Source of the DNA: Macrostomum lignano
Lineage: Eukaryota
Length of the DNA: 64,000 nucleotides
Direction of reading: 5' to 3'
Assembly: GCA_002269645.1 (NCBI GenBank)
Contig: NIVC01000380.1
Coordinates: 1-64,000, forward strand
The notes under the pieces were generated by a model. It saw only the letters and a program-made list of their open reading frames with translations, did no database searches and had not been told where the DNA came from. Shown here piece by piece: positions 1 to 12,182 of this stretch (its first letter is position 1; each line of letters opens with the position of its first letter). A program made the position numbers and the translations under genes.

Positions 1-475
1 CTCCTTCTCCTCTCTCTCCTCTCTCCTCCCTCTCCTCTCCCCTCTATCTCCCTTCCTCTCCCCTCATCTCCCCTCTCCTCCTCTCCTCTCCTCTCCTCTC
101 CTCTCTCTCTCTCCTCTCCTCTCCTCTCCTCTCCTCTCCTCTCCTCTCCTCTCCTCTCTCTCCTCTCCTCTCCTCTCTCTCCTCTCCTCTCCTCTCCTCT
201 CCTCCCTTCCTCTCTCTCCTCTCTTCTCCTCTCCTCTCCCTCTCCTCTCCTCTCTCTCCTCTCTCTCCTCTCTCTCTCCTCTCCTCCTCTCCTCTCCCTC
301 TCTCCTCTCCTCTCCTCTCCTCTCCTCTCCTCTCCTCTCCTCTCCTCTCCTCTCCTCTCCTCTCCTCTCTCTCTCCTCTCCTCTCCTCTCCTCTCCTCTC
401 CTCTCCTCTCCTCTCCTCTCCTCTCCCCCTCATCTCCCTCTCCTCTCCCCTCATCTCCCCTCCCTCCTCCTCCCT
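1..475. repeat. Polypyrimidine microsatellite, mainly (CTCCT)n/(CT)n
   Basis: Almost exclusively C/T; lies downstream of the last visible SLC5 exon (presumably intronic); source of the spurious EERRG ORF 44..739. Confidence 0.97.
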
Positions 476-580
476 AATGCAATACGCAGTAAAAAGTAAC
501 TTTTTCAGATTTGACATCGACATACTTACAAAAACGACGTGTAGCACATTCCATACAATTGCCTGTATTGCCTTAGTAAC

Positions 581-745
581 CAGGGGGGGGGTCGGCACTG
601 AGGGGACAGGGGGACATGTCCCCCACTTCAGTAAAAGCTGTGGGGTGGACATACCTATGCTTTGCCCACCTACTCGTACCCACCTTGTTACCCTGCAGCG
701 GCACCAAATGAGTGCCTGCTGCCGTGCCAAAAACGACACCCCTTT
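581..745. mobile_element. Possible short non-autonomous (MITE-like) element
   Basis: Imperfect terminal inverted repeats (aggggg..gtcggcac / gtgcc..cgacacccct) around a gggggacatgtccccc palindromic core. Confidence 0.3.
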
Positions 746-799
746 TAGCGGCAGTAGTCAGCGCAACTGAAGTTTAAAAGGGACATTATTGAAACTCAC

Positions 800-3700
800 T
801 TGTCGAACTCGATGCGACCATATTTGTACGATATCTGCCACACATTTCCAATGCCACCCAGGTCAATGAGTCCCTGCAACAGAAATTATAATTGTAAACT
901 ATGTAATAATACAAGATCAAGTTCAAGCATTTTGTTTGACTTTCGGTAAGTAAACTTTTAACTTACCGCGAATAATGATAGCCAAAATTCCTGCCGTCAT
1001 CACAACCGATTGAAAAACATCAGTCCAGATCACAGCCTTGAGTCCGCCCTGATTGAAACGACACAAAGTGAACATTAGAACTTTTTGGAATAGCGGATTT
1101 ACTAATAGTGATAATGTGCAACACATATTTACACTCTCTGCGTGGGGGAGAGGTTGCCCCTCATGGCTGTGAATCGCATGACAACAAAGAGTCTATTAAA
1201 TCTTCTTTAAATCTTATTCGTCTGCGTCAGCTATTCATAAAAAATGTAGAATTACTTGTGTAGTCACTAACCCAGGCTGTGTAGAAAGTGCAGATCACAC
1301 CGCTCACGGCGATTGACGCTTCAACAGGGATGGCACCGTTGGAAACTAAAAGTGTTTAACGGATTGCAAAATTATGAATGTCAATATCCATATGTCAATT
1401 AAGGTAACAAAAGTATAAGGCTACTACACATAGAAGACAGGGGAATGGCCGCCAACGAAGAGACAGGGGCGCCAAACGAGAGACAGGGGCGCCAACCGAA
1501 AGACAGGGGCGCCAACGAGAGACTGGGGCGCCAACCGAGAGACAGGGGCGCCAACCGAGAGACAGGGGCGCCAACGAGAGACAGGGGCGCCAACCAAGAG
1601 ACAGGACGCCAACCGAGAGACAGGGGCGCCAACCGAGAGACAGGGGCGCCAACGCGAGAGACAGGGCGCCAACCGAGAGACAGGGGCGCCAACCGAGAGA
1701 CAGGGGCGCCAACCGAGAGACAAGGGCGCCAACGAGAGACAGGGGCGCCAACCGAGAGACAGGGGCGCCCTCCAAGAGACAGGAGGTGGCCCTCCAAAAG
1801 ACAGGGGCGCCCTCCAAGACACAGGGGCGCCCAAGAGACAGGGGCGCCAACCGAAAGACAGGGGCGCCCTCCAAGAGACAGGGGTGGTGGCCCTCCAAAA
1901 GACAGGGGCGCCCTCCAAGAGACAGGGGCGCCCCCCAAGAGACAGTGGCGCCCACCAAAGCACCAAATAGTGGCGCCCCTTAATGATTGCTACCCCCTAC
2001 AATAAATAAAAAGTTCCTGTGTACACGCCAGTTAAAAAGTCGAAAGGGTGAGATATTAGGACTTCAGTTCTATTAAGCTGAGAAATTACCATCAATTCCT
2101 ACGCTATCAAGCTAATGCATTTTTTCAACGATAAACGACCTACAGCGAAATTTTGCCTAATTTGCAAGTGCAGCACCTGTATTGACTTAAACAGATGCCT
2201 GAATTTCACAATGCGACTTACCATACTGCAAGGCAGTGGCTGGAGCGTACAATGCAAGTCCCATGTAGATCACCTGTAAGTTTTTGTCAAATCAGATAAA
2301 TCTATATCAGGTAATAAAGTGTACGTTTAAGAACACAGGCACCTATAAGTTTTAGTAAAAGCCACTATATACTCACGTCACTAATTAGAAACAGGAAATT
2401 TCCCATCAGTCGAACAAGACGAGACTTGAATCTCAGCTCGAGATACTGCAATGAAATTACGAGAATTCTTGATGAATTCTTGGCTAGAAAAACTCTTAAC
2501 GACAGTCCCGTGACGTCAGCTACAGAAAACTCTTTACGACAGTCCCGTGACGTCAGCTACAGAAAACTCTTTACGACAGTCCCGTGACGTCAGCTACAGA
2601 AAACTCTTTACGACAGTCCCGTGACGTCAGCTACTGAAAACTCTTTACGACAGTCACGTGACGTCAGCTACTGAAAACTCTTTACGACAGTCCCGTGACG
2701 AAAGCTACAGAAAACTCTTTACGACAGTCCCGTGACGTCAGCTACAGAAAACTCTTTACGACAGTCCCGTGACGACAGTTACTGAAAACTATTAACGACA
2801 GTCCCGTGACGTCAGCTACAGAAAACTCTTTACGACAGTCCCGTGACGGCAGCTACAGAAAACTCTTTACGACAGTCCTGTGATGTTATAATTAAATATA
2901 TTAAGGTCTAACTTTTGTGAACTTTTTGCAGTCTTTAGCTCTGAAAGAGGAGATAAGAATAACAAAATAATAAACAGACTCAACTTCATGTGATCATAGA
3001 ATAAGATTTATTCAAGTGGTTTAAAATTCAATTCAGTTTTCTCGAGTTTATAAGATTTTCTGCAGTTTGGGAAAACTGTCTGCGTTAGATCCTCTAGTTC
3101 CCATATATTTTTTTGATCTCTTTAATAAATGAATTTTTAGCCATAACTTCTTGTGGTTGCACCGCGATCGGCAAAGGCTACAGTTTCTCACCTCGAACAA
3201 GCTCGTCAGTCGCAGCTGATAAAACACCGGCACGAATATCAGAGCCGCCAGAACGCAGCCGATCTGCTCGCCAAATATTGACAGCACGTACATTGTGCCA
3301 TTGAAGTAGATCTCGGCTGGACCCCCGAGGATTAGTATGGCCGAGTTGAACGACACCAACAGTGACAGGGCCACTGGGATCACCTGCTGCTTGCGGCCGC
3401 CCATTACGAATTCTTCTTTTTCGTCCGAGCCGGCGCTGCCATCGTCTGCGTTGCCTGTGTAAATATAAGTAGAAAGTAAGTAAGTAGTAAGTAAGTAAGT
3501 AGTAAGTAGTAGGGTTTACTGACATTTTGGCCGAAGATATTTTCCTGGAATTCTCGAGTAGGATGCTTTTACGAAAGAGAACTTAGGGTATCACTAGTTG
3601 GTACGGTAGTTAAGTTTGGTAGTTGCATGCTGCTACCAGTTTCCCTACTGTTCTTATAATGACATTATGTAAGATTAAAGAATGAAAAATGATCCGAAAT

Positions 3701-5100
3701 ACTTAATTTTTTGAAGAATGTTACATAATAAACAGACCCAGAGCCCAACTGCTCTATACTTGTATAGCAACTTTCAAATTCCTTATGTATCCACTGCTAA
3801 AATTTCCCCACCCTTAACTACTACTAGTAGGGTAAAAGCTAAAAGTAGGGTAATCTACTTAGCAATCTGCCTTATCACGTTTTAAACTTTGTCATAAATT
3901 TAAGGGTTAAAATTAGGTTCATATGGTATATGTGGATAGGCGCCTATCTCTGCTCTCCTCTCTTCTCTCCTACTGGTACCTTCTCTTCCATCTCTTTACT
4001 TTTCTTTTTACCTTTTCATTAGCGTTATTATTCGACGCATTGTATTAAAAGGGAAGAAACTAAAGCCTTCGAAAACGATTCACGTTTGTTTTTATTTTAA
4101 TTATTTAGTTATTAAATAGAACAGAAGATACTAATTAAAAAGATTTTTATTTTTACTACTTTTGCTAGTAGTGAGTTTCGAATACTTAAGACCCAAAAAA
4201 ACTCGAAAAGCGCATAGTAACAACCAATGACCGAGTAAACTACCGATCGAGGAAACTACTGATGAGGAAACTACCAATCGAGGAAACTACCTAGTGAGGA
4301 AACTACCGATCGAGGAAACTACCGACCGAGGAAACTACCGATCAAGGAAACTACCGATCGAGGAAACTACCGATCAAGGAAACTACCGATCGAGGAAACT
4401 ACCGATCGAGGAAACTACCGATCGAGGAAACTACCGATCGAGGAAACTACCAATAGAGGAAACTACCGATCGAGGAAACTACCGATCGAGAAAACTACCG
4501 ATCGAGGAAACTACCGATCGAGGAAACTACCGATCGAGGAAACTACCGATCGAGGAAACTACCAATGGAGGAAACTACCGATCGAGGAAACTACCGATCG
4601 AGAAAACTACCAATAGAGGAAACTACCGATCGAGGAAACTACCGATCGAGAAAACTACCGATCGAGGAAACTACCGATCGAGGAAACTACCGATCGAGGA
4701 AACTACCGATCGAGGAAACTACCAATGGAGGAAACTACCGACTGAAAAATCTACCAAAAGAAGAGACCACCGAACGAGGAATCTATCATTAGAGGAAACT
4801 ACCCGACAAGGATACAAATAAAGGAAACTACCGATCGATAAATTGCATCTTTCGGACTATACGTAAATGTACAATCTACATCACAGCTGCAGTACCTTTT
4901 CGCCGTCCTATAAAGCTTGCTACAATCCCGACCGCCAGTGAAGCGGTCAGAAAGACGCCCAGAACCACGTAGTCGACAGGTGAAAACTGATTATTAGTTT
5001 GCTGGTGCTTGGCGAAAGCTCCAGCGCCTTGACGAGATCCCGGTAGAGAGCTCCACAGAGCTTGCGGCACCAGGTTTGACTGCCACAATGAATTGTTCAT
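800..5100 (-). CDS. SLC5 sodium:solute symporter (SLC5A5/6/8/12, SMVT/SMCT-like), 5' portion; gene continues beyond the window start
   Basis: Exons read from sequence: 4896-5100 (MNNSLW..DYVVLGVFLTASLAVGIVASF), 3192-3454 (EEFVMGGRKQQVIPVALSLLVSFNSAILILGGPAEIYFNG..FVPVFYQLRLTSLFE), 2377-2445 (YLELRFKSRLVRLMG), 2222-2273 (VIYMGLALYAPATAL), 1272-1345 (SGVICTFYTAW), 967-1048 (GGLKAVIWTDVFQ), 800-873 (GLIDLGG..GRIEFD). All GT-AG; phases match except the last junction (1 nt off). Confidence 0.93.
1445..1975. repeat. GC-rich minisatellite, ~20-22 bp unit (GAGACAGGGGCGCCAACC..)
   Basis: Over 20 visible copies in the SLC5 intron 1346-2221. Confidence 0.95.
2484..2884. repeat. 37-bp tandem repeat (AGCTACAGAAAACTCTTTACGACAGTCCCGTGACGTC), ~10 copies
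   Basis: Unit period measured 2521->2558; lies in SLC5 intron 2; most units contain TGACGTCA. Confidence 0.95.
4230..4750. repeat. 16-bp minisatellite (GAGGAAACTACCGATC), ~30 copies
   Basis: Direct inspection; SLC5 intron 1; explains ORFs 4294..4821 and 4565..4792. Confidence 0.96.
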
Positions 5101-5950
5101 TTTGTTGAAGAGTTTCCTCGGTCAGACCAATAAACGGTAATCGAAAGTTGAAAAAAGGAATTTGAACTCTTAATTAATTTCTGGCTTTGAGAAAAGCTAA
5201 ATACTTGATTGAAAAGGCTTTAAGTACTTGCTTAGGCTTCTCTTATCCTTTCTTTATTTCACATTTTAACACAAACTGTTCTATAAAGCGTCTACAACAT
5301 ATGCGCAGTTAGTTTAGAGATTTAGAACGTGCAATGCACGACATTTAGCAGTGCACGATACAGATAGCTCGTCAAAAAACAAACGTGCATGGCAAATAGG
5401 TGTTTAAAAATTTTAAAAATTTTAATTTTAATTTTAAAGACATTTTAAAGATATTTTAACATTCAACATTAACTTTAACATTTAACTTTAATTTTAACAT
5501 TTTAAAGACATTTTAATTTAAAAAATTTTCTTTAATTCTAAAGACACACTTTTCTTCTCAAAGAAGAAAATGAAAAAGCAATACTTGCGTTGTTACCTGC
5601 ACTTATAACACAGTCACTGCAGCAGGATATGAACAGACAATTTTTTTCTTCAACTGTAAACTGTAAAAAATTGAAATCCTTAAGGCTTCTCTGCCGTATA
5701 AGAAGAGTGAGTTAAAGTAACGCAAAAGTAACGCAAAAGTAACGCAAACCCGTAATCTGTAGTCGGTCATTGCTGAAAAAAGCAAAAACTGCTCCTTAAA
5801 TAATTGTGTCTCTTTTATAGAAATTTTATCGGAACCGAGTGTAGCATCCTAGATCCCTAAAAGTTACTTTTGGTTTACCAAGATTTAATAAAAAGTATGT
5901 CTAAAAATAGTTTCTTATTCTTGCGCATACAATTCGAATTCGCGGGTTGT

Positions 5951-6919
5951 TCAAACAGAAGCAGCCACCATGCATTCAAAAGTCTTCATTGAGTAGTAGT
6001 GGTTCAGTGGATAGCCAATGCCTGGGGAAGAGAACGTAAGTCCGTCGGCCCAACGGCTCAGACAAGTAAAAAGCTGCTGGAGGCGTGAAGTACCGACCGT
6101 TCGGGTTGAAGCAGTGACAACTGCCGTACCACCAGGCTCCTTGGTAGGTGACTGCGCAGTTACTGGACCATGTGTCTTGATCCTTATCCTGTGTGCTGAA
6201 CATCGCATTGTTCATGTAGGCACCAACGGTATGACTGCAAGTTGCAACATTCGACCGGCTGACTTCAGGCTCTCCGACGCTGACTCGGTATCCCTGACTG
6301 GCGTCCTGCACGGCGAAGTGAGCGTCCTCCCACCAGTAGCGAGTGCCGTTCCAGTCGCCCGGCTCCCACCTCACGCGCCTGTCTCCGGCTCGAGTGAGCT
6401 GGTGGATCGCTTCCAGACCCATCCAGTAGTTTCTGTCCTCGCCCTGTCCGAACTCAGTCAAGTAGTTTGTCCAGTTCCGGTAGAAATCTACCGAGCCGTC
6501 CACTCGGTGCTGGAAGGTTCGCCAGCAGGTTCGTCCGAGCTCGTCCAGCTGTCTCACCTGTAATATCACGGTTAGCCAAATGCATAACGATTGCAACAGA
6601 CATTGGAATAAAAATGGATCGCACGGTGAGCACCTACCAGCAGCAGAGGCAGAGTCGAGTTTCTCGCATTGCGGCACTTTCTGCATCCGCTCGTTCCAAG
6701 CTGGCAGCTGTACAATCGACAAGTGTACCGCTCGCGATCGAACTTAATCGCTTGGTGCTGCGGTCTAGCGAGAGTCGCGCACTCCAAGTGGCTCCGCACG
6801 CCAGCCACCGAGGTTTCAAGCTTGTACTCGCTCAGGTCGTCTCTCTGCACGGCCCAGTTGAGCTGCGACGAAGCAGTTCTACACAGCAGAGTGATTACTA
6901 CAAGAAGTTCAGCATTCAT
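5951..6919 (-). pseudogene. Fibrinogen-related protein copy 1 (signal peptide + PAN-like module + FReD) with a 2-nt deletion near the 3' end
   Basis: Exon 1 6638-6919, intron 6558-6637 (GTAGGT..CTAAC..TTACAG), exon 2 from 6557: WRTFQHRVDGSVDFYRNW, EDRNYWMGLEAIHQLT, FSTQDKDQD, GAWWYGSCHCFNPNG. Versus copy 3 (ggcccacaacgg) it reads ggcccaacgg at ~6051, shifting the last ~30 codons. Could be a real variant C-terminus or a sequence error. Confidence 0.75.
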
Positions 6920-8163
6920 CTTCGTTTCGTAGAGCTTCTCAAGTGGTAGGGGCTGACTTTCTGCAGTTGTCTCGGCTTTGAAAATTTACAGTTAGTTGCA
7001 GTTGTTTGCTGGAATCAACTGGGTGGTTTTTCTTTCTCAAATCGCTTTCAGACTGAGAAGCGAGAAAGAGTTTTTTATTGGCAATTTCTATCTGACTTCG
7101 GCTAGAATTTTCCTGTCTAGGGGTTGGAAGAGAAAATTCCATTGTTATTGTAAACTGCTGCCTCCCTGCCGGGGTAGAGAGGTTAGCGCTAGTCACATGA
7201 TTCTCAAGTTTTGTTGTTAGCAACGCGACACCAATTTTCTTCCCAACTTCCAATTACGCTCGTAATTTTCCCACAAAGACTCGCATCCCCCAGTAACTGC
7301 GGAGAATTTTATGTATTGAGTTAACTGCCTGAGAAGCCTTACATGTGAAAAGTACCTGTTGCCAGGTGTGCCAGTGGCGTATTTGAGGGCTGAGTCAGGC
7401 GATACACTGCTGATACTGTGCAGGGGACGCAAGTTAGAGTACTTCTAATGCTGCTAAGGACTGCTACTCACGGGATTAGGATGCATAGTGGCTCATGGTT
7501 AGTGCCTTAGAGACAGTGCAAGCATAAATGCTAGCCCATATTCAAACAATGCTGCATATGATTAAAACTTTCTCGATAAATAAGAAAATCGAAGCAGATT
7601 GAACTGTTAGAGTTTTTACCGTAAAAAATACTAGCTTTGTTTGCGTCTATTTTAACTGAAAGCTAAATTGTAGATACAGTGGCTTTCCACGCATTATTTG
7701 CGTTCTCCAGGATGTTCTTTAGTAACATTTAATAATATCACGTAAAATCTTTATGTCTGCGTTTTATCTGATATTCAGCATGCCTTTTCGGGAGCTACTT
7801 TCATAAATAGCTCAAAATTCATGTTTATTCATCTACATATCTCCCGCAAAAACAAAAATTTTAAAGGTGCAAGAGCCGCAAATCTATAAAAAAGAAACAC
7901 AGTGCATTGTCAAAAAATAGAAAGTATTGAAAGAATAGTTGTTTTCGATCAGAATTCGGGATTTGATACAAAAAATGATCTACGAACTGCATTGAATTGT
8001 TTGATCAGTTACCAGCATGCAAAAAGTTAAACAAATCACGCATCACTTAATTAAGATTTTCATTATGTATTCATTTAAGAATGTAATTAAATTTGGATTT
8101 AGTAATTAATGAGTCTCGTCAATGATGCGAAAAAGCCACTGACATGCACTTAATTGGCATAAT

Positions 8164-9159
8164 TTAGAGTGATCCTGCAACCATGCACTCATACGTATTC
8201 ATTGAATAGGAGTGCACGAACGGGTAAACTGGATCTTGCGAAGTAAATGACATGCCAACTCCAGCCAAAGGCTGCGTCTGATTGAAAGCAAACGGAGGTT
8301 CAAAGTACTTTCCGTTCGGATTGAAGCAGTGACAGTTAGCGTACCACCAGCCTCCGTGATAGCTGATAGCACAGTTTTGAGTCCCCGCATCCTGATCTCT
8401 GTCCATGGTGCTAAACATATTTCCATTTAAAAAGTATGGGCTGCCATTGCTACAGGCCACGACATTCGATTTACTCAAATCCTGCTCCCGACGCTGACTC
8501 GGTATCCCTGGCTGGCGTCCTGTATGGCGAAGTGCGTGTCTTCCACATAGTAGCGAGTGCCGTTCCAGTCGCTCATCTCCCACCTCACGCGCCTGTCTCC
8601 GGCTCGAGTGAGCTGGTGGATCGCCTCCAGACCCATCCAGTAGTTTCTGTCCTCGCCCTGGCCGAACTCAGTCAAATATTCTGTCTAGTTCCGGTAGAAA
8701 TCCACCGAGCCGTCCACTCGGTGCTGGAAGGTTCGCCAGCAGGTTCGTCCGAGCTCGTCCAGCTGTCTCACCTGTAATATCACGGTTAGCTAAATCGTAG
8801 GGTCATTAATAATGCATCACGATAGCAACAGATATTGGAATAAAAATGGATCACACGGTGAGCACACGGTGAGCACCTACCAGCAGCAGAGGCAGAGTCG
8901 AGTTTCTCGCATTGCGGCACTTTCTGCATCCGCTCGTTCCAAGCTGGCTGCTGTACAATCGACAGATGCCACCGAGCTCAGTGAACTCGACCGCTTGGTG
9001 CTGCGGTCCAGCGAGAGTCGCGCACTCCAAGCCGCTCCGCACGCCAGCCACCGAGGTTTCAAGCTTGTACTCGCTCAGGTCGTCTCTCTGCTCAGCCCAT
9101 CGATTCTGGCAGAAACCGCCGCAGAAAAAAATGGCCATTACGAGCAGTGCGTAGATCAT
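8164..9159 (-). pseudogene. Fibrinogen-related protein copy 2, disrupted
   Basis: Exon 1 8881-9159 (MIYALLVMAIFFCGGFCQNRWAEQRDD..), intron 8772-8880, exon 2 8164-8771 with TGG->TAG at 8685-8687 (YRN*) and a 1-nt deletion at ~8487-8489; distal part FSTMDRDQD..GGWWYANCHCFNPNG in the shifted frame. Confidence 0.85.
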
Positions 9160-10274
9160 GGCGAGTTTTCGAAAGGAAAATTGAGTGCCTGCACAATTTA
9201 GGCTTTTTACGAGAGTAGCTCAATAGACGTGGTCTGGTTTGCTGCTGTTGCAAGTGGGCTTAGTAAGAAGATTCTTTATGCGCATTCTTAATATGCGCCT
9301 TTATCCACAGCCAGCTCTTGCGTTGCTAAAAACAGTTTTTTGTTGTCACTGCGTAGATGCCTAACCCATTAGAAAGACTGCTGGTGGAGGGAAGACTTAA
9401 CAGCCCCAGCTGGCAATTCTCACAACCAGTTTTTAGGGAAGAAAGCTAATTAAAACGCTGCTTGGGCCGCCGCGTCTTGCAGATCCCCTATAGCTAGATT
9501 TTGTTCCCAACTCACAAATTGCATTTTCGCCCGCAGTTTACACTTGCGACGAAGCTGCTAGGCTTTTGTTTGAGTGGAAACTTCCATTCCTACACGCAAC
9601 GGTAGTGCATGGTTTTGGCAGAATCATTAATTAATTATAAGCCGTTGCAGCTTCGTGGACAGAAGAAATGAAAAAGGCTTTTTTAAAGGCAATTTTCGTT
9701 TAAGCTTTGAACAAAAATACGCTTTAGACAAGTCACTAGCGCGTTTATGTTCGAAGAAAATCAGCTAATTTACTCACACTACTTGCTGAAGCATGTTACG
9801 CATGGTCCCACAAAATCGTTACGAAAAACGAAAAATAGCAAAGAAACCTGCAATAGTATAGATGTCATTTTTTAGATAGTTTCAATATATATTTAAGACT
9901 CGAAAAAAGCTTAGCATTACACGTCTCAAAATGTGCCTTCGAGTTTACAGATAAAAATAAACACTTTGCATTGTTTTCTTCTTTGCTCAGAAATGAGCAT
10001 TATGTTTAGAAGCATATACAACATGGATCCATCCCTCTCTAGCTATAGACCGTAACATTCGAAAAGGTTTTTAGTACACGGAATAGTTAAATAAACAAGA
10101 AAGAACTAGTGCCAAATACACAGGGAAAGTTTACCGACGTTGGGACACGTAGACATTCAGATCTATTACGACACTGCAGATATCAGCTACGCGACTTAGT
10201 TTAAAAAAGGTTGTTGTGAAGCGCTCAAAACTTTTAAGGGGATACATGACATATAGTAGGCACTAAAGTATAGT

Positions 10275-11266
10275 TCAAACAGAAGCAGCCACCATGCATT
10301 CAAAAGTCTTCATTGAGTAGTAGTGGTTCAGCGGATAGCCAATGCCTGGGGAAGAGAACGTAAGTCCGTCGGCCCACAACGGCTCAGACAAGTAAAAAGC
10401 TGCTGGAGGCGTGAAGTACCGACCGTTCGGGTTGAAGCAGTGACAACTGCCGTACCACCAGGCTCCTTGGTAGGTGACTGCGCAGTTACTGGACCATGTG
10501 TCTTGATCCTTATCCTGTGTGCTGAACATCGCATTGTTCATGTAGGCACCAACGGTATGACTGCAAGTTGCAACATTCGACCGGCCGACTTCAGGCTCTC
10601 CGACGCTGACTCGGTATCCTTGACTGGCGTCCTGCACGGCGAAGTTAGCGTCCTCCCACCAGTAGCGAGTGCCGTTCCAGTCGCTCATCTCCCACCTCAC
10701 GCGCCTGTCTCCGGCTCGAGTGAGCTGGTGGATCGCCTCCAGACCCATCCAGTAGTTTCTGTCCTCGCCCTGGCCGAACTCAGTCAAGTAGTCTGTCCAG
10801 TTCCGGTAGAAATCTACCGAGCCGTCTACTCGGTGCTGGAAGGTTCGCCAGCAGGTTCGTCCGAGCTCGTCCAGCTGTCTCACCTGTAATATCACGGTTA
10901 GCCAAATCGTAGGGTCAATAATTATGCATCACGATAGCAACAGACATTGGAATAAAAATGGATCGCACGGTGAGCACCTACCAGCAGCAGAGGCAGAGTC
11001 GAGTTTCTCGCATTGCGGCACTTTCTGCATCCGCTCGTTCCAAGCTGGCAGCTGTACAATCGACAGATGCCGCCGAGCTCAGTGAACTCGACCGCTTGGT
11101 GCTGCGGTCCAGCGAGAGTCGCGCACTCCAAGCCGCTCCGCACGCCAGCCACCGAGGTTTCAAGCTTGTACTCGCTCAGGTCGTCCCTCTGCTCAGCCCA
11201 ACTGTATTGAGCAGACGCTGCTTTGTAGCAGAAGAATAAAATTAGTGAAGGGAAAATCAATGCCAT
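10275..11266 (-). CDS. Secreted fibrinogen-related protein copy 3 (signal peptide + PAN/apple-like module + FReD), intact, 297 aa
   Basis: Exon 1 10982-11266 (95 codons, MALIFPSLILFFCYKAASAQ..), phase-0 intron 10884-10981 (GTAGGT..GCTAAC..TTACAG), exon 2 10275-10883 (202 aa + stop) with the FReD motifs above. Confidence 0.92.
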
Positions 11267-12182
11267 GTTTTTCTCTATTGCAAAGCAAACGTTCCCTATG
11301 CAGTTTTTCCGCAAAAAGAGTCAATGTGCTGGTTTTTATGCTTCTACACTGCCATCGCTCCTACCATTTTCCACCAGAAAATTGTGCAAATGTTTACCAA
11401 CCTTCAGAGTAGTTCAATTTCTACTACAGGAAGACCTGCGTCTTAGCAGGTTGAAACTAGAGACACTTAGTGTAAGCAAAATTCAAAGTCTGCAGCAACT
11501 TGAATTATGTATTAGCGAGTCAGCTTGACTGTCAATAACGCGTTTACAATTTACACTCTTCAAAATTCCTAGTTGAATTTTCATTATTGGTAGACTCTGC
11601 GAGAGCTTTTGATGGCTTAACTTAAATTTTTGTCATTTAGACTGTATCGTTATAAAAGATTTCATCTTAGCAGCAATGATAAACATTAGGGTACTAACAA
11701 GAAATAGATTTTAGTTCCTACTAACACGGTTTTACGGGGCTTAGTCAGATGTACTTGCTTGCTTGGTTTATGATCTAAAATTAACGTTTTTGTCAGAGTA
11801 AAACTCCTAGATCATACATGAAGCTAACTGTTTGTTTGTACTCTGGCATAAGCGTACACAAACTATTATACGCGCATAAATAGGCGTCTTGTGTGTATTT
11901 TAAACGCTAAATTTGTTGCCTAAAATAGCACGTGACAGCAATGCGAGTGTACTTCTAAAGGCTCCTGCGGTTGCTCATAAAAATGCATAGCACAGCTCCT
12001 TCCTAAGTAACACTCTAAGTATAAGATTCCTCAATGAAGTCTACAGTAACTCGCAGCGACAGAGCGTGAGAGAAATTAGACTCGAAGGTCAAAATATTGC
12101 TCGACCCTGAGTCAAACTAACTTGGCAACTCTTCCATTGCGCAGTAGCCAAAAGCAAACAAGTCTAATATAGTAGAACAACA

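Noticed and set aside
44-739. EERRG-rich ORF; likewise ORFs at 1395-2005, 4294-4821, 16392-16787, 18296-18823, 21907-24017, 31528, 36226-36680, 43323-43742, 44684-45030, 46182-46623, 49796-50740, 55126-55722, 59143-59679, 60739-61212
   Set aside because: Translations of simple or tandem repeats
2484-2884. 37-bp and 48/49-bp arrays as CRISPR-like repeats
   Set aside because: Units are contiguous with no unique spacers, eukaryotic intronic context, no cas genes
6558-6637. Apparent frameshift between the N-terminal and FReD ORFs in all three FReD genes (programmed frameshift idea)
   Set aside because: Explained by a canonical phase-0 GT-AG intron with a CTAAC branch point in each copy
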